Below, piece by piece: positions 53,301 through 64,000 of a stretch of 64,000 bases of DNA. A model generated the notes under the pieces. The model was not told the origin of the DNA and did no database searches. It saw nothing but the letters and a program-made list of their open reading frames with translations. This DNA is from Antedon mediterranea (taxonomy: Eukaryota; Animalia; Echinodermata): contig NC_092675.1 in NCBI RefSeq assembly GCF_964355755.1, positions 13,325,812 to 13,389,811 on the forward strand, read 5' to 3'. The first letter of the stretch is position 1. Every line of letters begins with the position of its first letter. The position numbers were made by a program, and so were the translations under genes.

Positions 53301-56300
53301 GCATTTGGAGACGTTTTAGACCATTTTGTGCATTTCGATGAAGCTTGGTTACACAAAAACATCAAAGTGCTTAAAATCACATTATAAATCGTTTTAGACC
53401 ATTTTGAGCATTTCGACAAAACTTTTTCACACAAAATACCAAAGGGCTTAGAATAGCTTCAAATCGCATTTGGAGACGTTTTAGACCATTTTGTGATTTT
53501 CGAAAAAACTTTTTAACATAAAAACACCAAAGTGCTTAGAATAGCTTCAAATCACATTTGGAGACGTTTTAGACCATTTTGTGATTTTCGAAAAAACTTG
53601 TTAACATAAAAACACGAAAGTGCTTAGAATAGCTTCAAATCGCATTTGGAAACGTTTTAGACCATTTTGTGATTTTCGAAAAAAATTGTTAACATAAAAA
53701 CACCAAAGTGCTTAGAATCACATTATAAACCGTTTTAGACCATTTTGAGCATTTCGATAACAATTTTCACACAAAAACATCAAAGAGCACAAAATAGCTT
53801 AATATCGTATTTAAAAATGTTTTAGACCATTTTGAGCATTTAGATAAAACTTTTTCACACAAAACACCAAAGTGCTTAGAATAGCTTCAAATCGCATTTG
53901 GAGACGTTTTAGACCATTTTGTGATTTTTGAAAAAACTTGTTAACATAAAAACACCAAAGTGTTAGAATAGCTTCAAATCACATTTGGAGACGTTTCAGA
54001 CCATTTTGTGATTTTCGAAAAAACTTGTTAACATAAAAACACGAAAGTGCTTAGAATAGCTTCAAATCGAATTTGGAAACGTTTTAGACCATTTTGTGAT
54101 TTTCGAAAAAACTTGTTAACATAAAAACACGAAAGTGCTTAGAATAGCTTCAAATCGCATTTGGAAACGTTTTAGACCATTTTGTGATTTTCAAAAAAAA
54201 TTGTTAACATAAAAACACCAAAGTGTTTAGAATAGCTTCAAATCGCATTTGGAGACGTTTTAGACCAATTTGTGATTTTCGAAAAAACTTATCAACATAA
54301 AAACACCAAAGGGTTTAGAATAGCTTCAAATCGCATTTGGAGACGTTTTAGACCATTTTGTGATTTTGAAAAAACTTGTTAACATAAAAACACCAAAGTG
54401 CTTAGAATAGCTTCAAATCGCATTTGGAGACGTTTTAGACCATTTTGTGATTTTCGAAAAAACTTGTTAACATAAAAACACCAAAGTGCTTAGAATAGCT
54501 TCAAATCGTATTTGGAGACGTTTTAGACCATTTTGAGATTTTCGAAAAAACTTGGTTACACAAAAACATCAAAGTGCTTAAAATCACATTATAAACCGTT
54601 TTAGACCATTTTTAGCATTTCGGTAACACTTTTCACACAAAAACATCAAAGAGCACAAAATAGCTTAATATCGTATTTAAAAACGTTTTAGACCATTTTG
54701 AGCATTTAGACAAAACTTTTTCACACAAAACACCAAAGTGCTTAGAATAGCTTCAAATCGCATTTGGAGACGTTTTAGACCATTTTGTGCATTTCGATGA
54801 AACTTGGTTACACAAAAACATTAAAGTGCTTAAAATCACATTATAAATCGTTTTAGACCATTTTGAGCATTTCGACAAAACTTTTTCACACAAAATACCA
54901 AAGTGCTTAGAATAGCTTCAAATCGCATTTGGAGAGGTTTTAGACCATTTTGTGATTTTCGAAAAAACTTTTTAACATAAAAACACCAAAGTGCTTAGAA
55001 TAGCTTCAAATCACATTTGGAGACGTTTTAGACCATAAGTGCTTAGAATCACATTATAAACCGTTTTAGACCATTTTGAGCATTTCGATAACAATTTTCA
55101 CACAAAACATCAAAGAGCACAAAATAGCTTAATATCGTATTTAAAAATGTTTTAGACCATTTTGAGCATTTAGATAAAACTTTTTCACACAAAACACCAA
55201 AGTGCTTAGAATAGCTTCAAATCGCATTTGGAGACGTTTTAGACCATTTTGTGATTTTTGAAAAAACTTGTTAACATAAAAACACCAAAGTGCTTAGAAT
55301 AGCTTCAAATCACATTTGGAGATGTTTTAGAACATTTTGTGATTTTTGAAAAAACTTGTTAACATAAAAACACGAAAGTGCTTAGAATAGCTTCAAATCA
55401 CATTTGGAGACGTTTTAGACCATTTTGTGATTTTTGAAAAAACTTGTTAACATAAAAACACGAAAGTGCTTAGAATAGCTTCAAATCGCATTTGGAAACG
55501 TTTTAGACCATTTTGTGATTTTCGAAAAAGATTGTTAACATAAAAACACCAATGTGCTTAGAATCACATTATAAACCGTTTTAGACCATTTTGAGCATTT
55601 CGATAACAATTTTCACACAAAAACATCAAAGAGCACAAAATAGCTTAATATCGTATTTATAAATGTTTTAGACCATTTTGAGCATTTCGACAAAACTTTT
55701 TCACACAAAACACCAAAGTGCTTAGAATAGCTTCAAATCGCATTTGGAGACGTTTTTTATACCATTTTGTGATTTCGATGAAACTTGATTACACAAAAAC
55801 ATCAAAGTGCTTAAAATCACATTATAAACCGTTTTAGACCATTTTGAGCATTTCGATAACACTTTTCACACAAAAACATCAAAGAGCACAAAATAGCTTA
55901 ATATCGTATTTAAAAACGTTTTAGACCATTTTGAGCATTTAGACAAAACTTTTTCACACAAAACACCAAAGTGCTTAGAATAGCTTCAAATCGCATTTGG
56001 AGACGTTTTAGAACATTTTGTGTTTTTCGAAAAAAACTGTTAACATAAAAACACCAAAGTGCTTAGAATAGCTTCAAATCGCATTTGGAGACGTTTTAGA
56101 ACATTTTGTGTTCTTCGAAAAAACCTGTTAACATAAAAACACCAAAGTACTTAGAATAGCTTCAAATCGCATTTGGAGACGTTTTAGACCATTTTGTTAT
56201 TTTTGAAAAAACTTGTTAACATAAAAACACCAAAGTGCTTAGAATAGCTTCAAATCACATTTGGAGACGTTTTAGACCATTTTGTGATTTTCGAAAAAAC

Positions 56301-58224
56301 TTTTTAACATAAAAACACGAAAGTGCTTAGAATAGCTTCAAATCGCATTTGGAAACGTTTTAGACCATTTTGTGATTTTCGAAAAAAATTGTTAACATAA
56401 AAACACCAAAGTGCTTAGAATCACAATATAAACCGTTTTAGACCATTTTGAGCATTTCGATAACAATTTTCACACAAAAACATCAAAGAGCACAAAATAG
56501 CTTAATATCGTATTTAAAAATGTTTTAGACCATTTTGAGCATTTAGATAAAACTTTTTCACACAAAACACCAAAGTGCTTAGAATAGCTTCAAATCGCAT
56601 TTGGAGACGGTTTAGACCATTTTGTGATTTTGAAAAAACTTGTTAACATAAAAACACCAAAGTGCTTAGAATAGCTTCAAATCGCATTTGGAGACGTTTT
56701 AGACCATTTTGTGATTTTCGAAAGAACTTGTTAACATAAAAACACCAAAGTGCTTAGAATAGCTTCAAATCGTATTTGGAGACGTTTTAGACCATTTTGA
56801 GATTTTCGAAAAAACTTGGTTACACAAAAACATCAAAGTGCTTAAAATCACATTATAAACCGTTTTAGACCATTTTGAACATTTCGATAACACTTTTCAC
56901 ACAAAAACATCAAAGAGCACAAAATAGCTTAATATCGTATTTAAAAACGTTTTAGACCATTTTGAGCATTTCGACAAAACTTTTTCACACAAAACACCAA
57001 AGTGCTTAGAATAGCTTCAAATCGCATTTGGAGACGTTTTAGACCAATTTGTGCATTTCGATGAAACTTGATTACACAAAAACATCAACGTGCTTAAAAT
57101 CACATTATAAACCGTTTTAGACCATTTTGAGCATTTCGATAACACTTTTCACACAAAAACATCAAAGAGCACAAAATAGCTTAATATCGTATTTAAAAAC
57201 GTTTTAGACCATTTTTTGAGCATTTAGACAAAACTTTTTCACACAAAACACCAAAGTGCTTAGAATAGCTTCAAATCGCATTTGGAGACGTTTTAGACCA
57301 TTTTGTGCATTTCGATGAAACTTGGTTACACAAAAACATCAAAGTGCTTAAAATGACATTATAAATCGTTTTAGACCATTTTGAGCATTTCGACAAAACT
57401 TTTTCACACAAAATACCAAAGGGCTTCAAATCGCATTTGGAGACGTTTTAGACCATTTTGTGATTTTCGAAAAAACTTTTTAACATAAAAACACCAAAGT
57501 GCTTAGAATAGCTTCAAATCACATTTGGAGACGTTTTAGACCATTTTGTGATTTTCGAAAAAACTTGTTAACATAAAAACACGAAATTGCTTAGAATAGC
57601 TTCAAATCGCATTTGGAAACGTTTTAGACCATTTTGTGATTTTCGAAAAAAATTGTTAACATAAAAACACCAAAGTGCTTAGAATCACATTATAAACCGT
57701 TTTAGACCATTTTGAGCATTTCGATAACAATTTTCACACAAAAACATCAAAGAGCACAAAATAGCTTAATATCGTATTTAAAAATGTTTTAGACCATTTT
57801 GAGCATTTAGATAAAACTTTTTCACACAAAACACCAAAGTGCTTAGAATAGCTTCAAATCGCATTTGGAGACGTTTTAGACCATTTTGTGATTTTTGAAA
57901 AAACTGGTTAACATAAAAACACCAAAGTGTTAGAATAGCTTCAAATCACATTTGGAGACGTTTCAGACCATTTTGTGATTTTCGAAAAAACTTGTTAACA
58001 TAAAAACACGAAAGTGCTTAGAATAGCTTCAAATCGAATTTGGAAACGTTTTAGACCATTTTGTGATTTTCGAAAAAACTTGTTAACATAAAAACACGAA
58101 AGTGCTTAGAATAGCTTCAAATCGCATTTGGAAACGTTTTAGACCATTTTGTGATTTTCGAAAAAAATTGTTAACATAAAAACACCAAAGTGTTTAGAAT
58201 AGCTTCAAATCGCATTTGGAGACG
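50370..58224 (+). repeat. Two tandem copies of a ~3.9-kb higher-order repeat (3888 bp and 3967 bp); a 3800-bp third copy lies at 27471-31270
   Basis: The copies share an ordered marker series: cttatc monomer, ttttagcatttcggta, cattaaag, 38-mer, ttttttatacc, gttcttcg, gacggttt, catcaacgtg, gtgttagaa, tttcagacc, tcgaattt. Confidence 0.85.
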
Positions 58225-61200
58225 TTTTAGACCAATTTGTGATTTTCGAAAAAACTTATCAACATAAAAACACCAAAGGGTTTAGAATAGCTTCAAATCG
58301 CATTTGGAGACGTTTTAGACCATTTTGTGATTTTGAAAAAACTTGTTAACATAAAAACACCAAAGTGCTTAGAATAGCTTCAAATCGTATTTGGAGACGT
58401 TTTAGACCATTTTGAGATTTTCGAAAAAACTTGGTTACACAAAAACATCAAAGTGCTTAAAATCACATTATAAACCGTTTTAGACCATTTTGAGCATTTC
58501 GATAACACTTTTCACACAAAAACATCAAAGAGCACAAAATAGCTTAATATCGTATTTAAAAACGTTTTAGACCAGTTTGAGCATTTCGACAAAACTTTTT
58601 CACACAAAACACCAAAGTGCTTAGAATAGCTTCAAATCGCATTTGGAGACGTTTTAGACCAATTTGTGCATTTCGATGAAACTTGATTACACAAAAACAT
58701 CAAAGTGCTTAAAATCACATTATAAACCGTTTTAGACCATTTTGAGCATTTCGATAACACTTTTCACACAAAAACATCAAAGAGCACAAAATAGCTTAAT
58801 ATCGTATTTAAAAACGTTTTAGACCATTTTGAGCATTTAGACAAAACTTTTTCACACAAAACACCAAAGTGCTTAGAATAGCTTCAAATCGCATTTGGAG
58901 ACGTTTTAGAACATTTTGTGTTTTTCGAAAAAAACTGTTAACATAAAAACACTAAAGTGCTTAGAATAGCTTCAAATCGCATTTGGAGACGTTTTAGAAC
59001 ATTTTGTGTTCTTCGAAAAAACCTGTTAACATAAAAACACCAAAGTGCTTAGAATAGCTTCAAATCGCATTTGGAGACGTTTTAGACCATTTTGTGATTT
59101 TTGAAAAAACTTGTTAACATAAAAACACCAAAGTGCTTAGAATAGCTTCAAATCACATTTGGAGACGTTTTAGACCATTTTGTGATTTTCGAAAAAACTT
59201 GTTAACATAAAAACACGAAAGTGCTTAGAATAGCTTCAAATCGCATTTGGAAACGTTTTAGACCATTTTGTGATTTTCGAAAAAGATTGTTAACATAAAA
59301 ACACCAAAGTGCTTAGAATCACAATATAAACCGTTTTAGACCATTTTGAGCATTTAGATAAAATTTTTCACACAAAACACCAAAGTACTTAGAATAGCTT
59401 CAAATCGCATTTGGAGACGGTTTAGACCATTTTGTGATTTTGAAAAAACTTGTTAACATAAAAACACCAAAGTGCTTAGAATAGCTTCAAATCGCATTTG
59501 GAGACGTTTTAGACCATTTTGTGATTTTCGAAAAAACTTGTTAACATAAAAACACCAAAGTGCTTAGAATAGCTTCAAATCGTATTTGAAGACGTTTTAG
59601 ACCATTTTGAGATTTTCGAAAAAACTTTGTTACACAAAAACATCAAAGTGCTTAAAATCACATTATAAACCGTTTTAGACCATTTTGAACATTTCGATAA
59701 CACTTTTCACACAAAAACATCAAAGAGCACAAAATAGCTTAATATCGTATTTAAAAACGTTTTAGACCATTTTGAGCATTTCGACAAAACTTTTTCACAC
59801 AAAACACCAAAGTGCTTAGAATAGCTTCAAATCGCATTTGGAGACGTTTTAGACCAATTTGTGCATTTCGATGAAACTTGATTACACAAAAACATCAACG
59901 TGCTTAAAATCACATTATAAACCGTTTTAGACCATTTTGAGCATTTCGAAAACACTTTTCACACAAAAACATCAAAGAGCACAAAATAGCTTAATATCGT
60001 ATTTAAAAACGTTTTAGACCATTTTGAGCATTTAGACAAAACTTTTTCACACAAAACACCAAAGTGCTTAGAATAGCTTCAAATCGCATTTGGAGACGTT
60101 TTAGACCATTTTGTGCATTTCGATGAAACTTGGTTACACAAAAACATCAAAGTGCTTAAAATCACATTATAAATCGTTTTAGACCATTTTGAGCATTTCG
60201 ACAAAACTTTTTCACACAAAATACCAAAGGGCTTAGAATAGCTTCAAATCGCATTTGGAGACGTTTTAGACCATTTTGTGATTTTCGAAAAAACTTTTTA
60301 ACATAAAAAGACCAAAGTGCTTAGAATAGCTTCAAATCACATTTGGAGACGTTTTAGACCATTTTGTGATTTTCGAAAAAACTTGTTAACATAAAAACAC
60401 GAAAGTGCTTAGAATAGCTTCAAATCGCATTTGGAAACGTTTTAGACCATTTTGTGATTTTCGAAAAAAATTGTTAACATAAAAACACCAAAGTGCTTAG
60501 AATCACATTATAAACCGTTTTAGACCATTTTGAGCATTTCGATAACAATTTTCACACAAAAACATCAAAGAGCACAAAATAGCTTAATATCGTATTTAAA
60601 AATGTTTTAGACCATTTTGAGCATTTAGATAAAACTTTTTCACACAAAACACCAAAGTGCTTAGAATAGCTTCAAATCGCATTTGGAGACGTTTTAGACC
60701 ATTTTGTGATTTTTGAAAAAACTTGTTAACATAAAAACACCAAAGTGCTTAGAATAGCTTCAAATCACATTTGGAGACGTTTTAGACCATTTTGTGATTT
60801 TCGAAAAAACTTATCAACATAAAAACACCAAAGGGTTTAGAATAGCTTCAAATCGCATTTGGAGACGTTTTAGACCATTTTGTGATTTTGAAAAAACTTG
60901 TTAACATAAAAACACCAAAGTGCTTAGAATAGCTTCAAATCGCATTTGGAGACGTTTTAGACTATTTTGTGATTTTCAAAAAAACTTGTTAACATAAAAA
61001 CACCAAAGTGCTTAGAATAGCTTCAAATCGTATTTGGAGACGTTTTAGACCATTTTGAGATTTTCGAAAAAACTTGGTTACACAAAAACATCAAAGTGCT
61101 TAAAATCACATTATAAACCGTTTTAGACCATTTTGAACATTTCGATAACACTTTTCACACAAAAACATCAAAGAGCACAAAATAGCTTAATATCGTATTT

Positions 61201-61292
61201 AAAAACGTTTTAGACCATTTTGAGCATTTCGACAAAACTTTTTCACACAAAACACCAAAGTGCTTAGAATAGCTTCAAATCGCATTTGGAGA

Positions 61293-64000
61293 CGTTTTAG
61301 ACCATTTTGAGCATTTCGATAACACTTTTCACACAAAAACATCAAAGAGCACAAAATAGCTTAATATCGTATTTAAAAACGTTTTAGACCATTTTGAGCA
61401 TTTAGACAAAACTTTTTCACACAAAACACCAAAGTGCTTAGAATAGCTTCAAATCGCATTTGGAGACGTTTTAGACCATTTTGTGCATTTCGATGAAACT
61501 TGGTTACACAAAAACATCAAAGTGCTTAAAATCACATTATAAATCGTTTTAGACCATTTTGAGCATTTCGACAAAACTTTTTCACACAAAATACCAAAGT
61601 GCTTAGAATAGCTTCAAATCGCATTTGGAGACGTTTTAGACCATTTTGTGATTTTCGAAAAAACTTTTTAACATAAAAACACCAAAGTGCTTAGAATAGC
61701 TTCAAATCACATTTGGAGACATTTTAGACCATAAGTGCTTAGAATCACATTATAAACCGTTTTAGACCATTTTGAGCATTTCGATAACAATTTTCACACA
61801 AAAACATCAAAGAGCACAAAATAGCCTAATATCGTATTTAAAAATGTTTTAGACCATTTTGAGCATTTAGATAAAACTTTTTCACACAAAACACCAAAGT
61901 GCTTAAAATAGCTTCAAATCGCATTTGGAGACGTTTTAGACCAATTTGTGATTTTTGAAAAAACTTGTTAACATAAAAACACCAAAGTGCTTAGAATAGC
62001 TTCAAATCACATTTGGAGACGTTTTAGACCATTTTGTGATTTTGAACAAACTTGTTAACATAAAAACACCAAAGTGCTTAGAATAGCTTCAAATCGTATT
62101 TGGAGACGTTTTAGACCATTTTGAGATTTTCGAAAAAACTTGGTTACACAAAAACATCAAAGTGCTTAAAATCACATTATAAACCGTTTTAGACCATTTT
62201 GAGCATTTCGATAACACTTTTCACACAAAAACATCAAAGAGCACAAAATAGCTTAATATCGTATTTAAAAACGTTTTAGACCATTTTGAGCATTTCGACA
62301 AAACTTTTTCACACAAAACACCAAAGTGCTTAGAATAGCTTCAAATCGCATTTGGAGACGTTTTAGACCAATTTGTGCATTTCGATGAAACTTGATTACA
62401 CAAAAACATCAAAGTGCTTAAAATCACATTATAAACCGTTTTAGACCATTTTGAGCATTTCGATAACACTTTTCACACAAAAACATCAAAGAGCACAAAA
62501 TAGCTTAATATCGTATTTAAAAACGTTTTAGACCATTTTGAGCATTTAGACAAAACTTTTTCACACAAAACACCAAAGTGCTTAGAATAGCTTCAAATCG
62601 CATTTGGAGACGTTTTAGACCAATTTGTGCATTTCGATGAAACTTGATTACACAAAAACATCAAAGTGCTTAAAATCACATTATAAACCGTTTTAGACCA
62701 TTTTGAGCATTTCGATAACACTTTTCACACAAAAACATCAAAGAGCACAAAATAGCTTAATATCGTATTTAAAAACGTTTTAGACCATTTTGAGCATTTA
62801 GACAAAACTTTTTCACACAAAACACCAAAGTGCTTAGAATAGCTTCAAATCGCATTTGGAGACGTTATAGACCATTTTGTGCATTTCGATGAAACTTGGT
62901 TACACAAAAACATCAAAGTGCTTAAAATCACATTATAAATCGTTTTAGACCATTTTGAGCATTTCGACAAAACTTTTTCACACAAAATACCAAAGTGCTT
63001 AGAATAGCTTCAAATCGCATTTGGAGACGTTTTAGACCATTTTGTGATTTTCGAAAAAACTTTTTAACATAAAAACACCAAAGTGCTTAGAATAGCTTCA
63101 AATCACATTTGGAGACATTTTAGACCATAAGTGCTTAGAATCACATTATAAACCGTTTTAGACCATTTTGAGCATTTCGATAACAATTTTCACACAAAAA
63201 CATCAAAGAGCACAAAATAGCCTAATATCGTATTTAAAAATGTTTTAGACCATTTTGAGCATTTAGATAAAACTTTTTCACACAAAACACCAAAGTGCTT
63301 AAAATAGCTTCAAATCGCATTTGGAGACGTTTTAGACCAATTTGTGATTTTTGAAAAAACTTGTTAACATAAAAACACCAAAGTGCTTAGAATAGCTTCA
63401 AATCACATTTGGAGACGTTTTAGACCATTTTGTGATTTTGAACAAACTTGTTAACATAAAAACACCAAAGTGCTTAGAATAGCTTCAAATCGTATTTGGA
63501 GACGTTTTAGACCATTTTGAGATTTTCGAAAAAACTTGGTTACACAAAAACATCAAAGTGCTTAAAATCACATTATAAACCGTTTTAGACCATTTTGAGC
63601 ATTTCGATAACACTTTTCACACAAAAACATCAAAGAGCACAAAATAGCTTAATATCGTATTTAAAAACGTTTTAGACCATTTTGAGCATTTCGACAAAAC
63701 TTTTTCACACAAAACACCAAAGTGCTTAGAATAGCTTCAAATCGCATTTGGAGACGTTTTAGACCAATTTGTGCATTTCGATGAAACTTGATTACACAAA
63801 AACATCAAAGTGCTTAAAATCACATTATAAACCGTTTTAGACCATTTTGAGCATTTCGATAACACTTTTCACACAAAAACATCAAAGAGCACAAAATAGC
63901 TTAATATCGTATTTAAAAACGTTTTAGACCATTTTGAGCATTTAGACAAAACTTTTTCACACAAAACACCAAAGTGCTTAGAATAGCTTCAAATCGCATT
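61293..64000 (+). repeat. 1396-bp tandem duplication (second copy cut by the window end)
   Basis: Private variants atagcctaat (61821/63217), gcttaaaatag and tttgaacaaa (62041/63437), plus the 38-mer (61722/63118), are at offset 1396. Confidence 0.92.

Larger units (their letters stand above)
1..64000 (+). repeat. Continuous tandem satellite DNA array of ~88-bp monomer family (78-89 bp variants), single orientation, extending beyond both window edges
   Basis: The anchor ttttagacca (or a close variant) recurs every ~78-89 bp from start to end. No non-satellite sequence or reverse-orientation monomer was seen. Confidence 0.99.

Noticed and set aside
1-64000. CRISPR-like array (constant ttttagacca anchor with variable intervening sequence)
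   Set aside because: The intervening sequences are homologous, repeated variants rather than unique spacers, and there are no cas genes or leader.
1-64000. Transposon insertion, inversion, or telomeric/rDNA/tRNA repeat
   Set aside because: I saw no non-satellite segment, reverse-orientation monomer, terminal repeat, telomere motif or structural RNA signature by eye.
1-64000. Assignment to a named satellite family or species
   Set aside because: I do not recognise the consensus. A similar monomer length to other known satellites is not evidence of homology, so a database search is required.

Overview
The whole 64 kb window is one uninterrupted, head-to-tail, AT-rich tandem satellite array of eukaryotic heterochromatin or centromere type. 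The main monomer is about 32% GC. I found no genes, RNA genes, transposon insertions, unique sequence or inversions. The basic monomer A is 88 bp (ttttagaccattttgtgattttcgaaaaaacttgttaacataaaaacaccaaagtgcttagaatagcttcaaatcgcatttggagacg). It is interspersed with related monomers B (78 bp), C (87 bp) and D (87 bp), which usually occur as a 252-bp B-C-D cassette. Rarer deletion monomers are 80, 78, 77, 68 and 38 bp long. Diagnostic variants show several nested levels of organisation: 10-bp sub-repeats, monomers, the 252-bp cassette, local tandem duplications of 300, 514, 683, 1023, 1197, 1396 and 1925 bp, a ~3.8-4.0 kb higher-order unit, and long-range copies at offsets of ~11, ~18.6 and ~35 kb. 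The single 64-aa ORF is a chance product of the satellite. All lengths and offsets were counted by eye from marker variants. Organism and centromeric function cannot be determined from the sequence alone.
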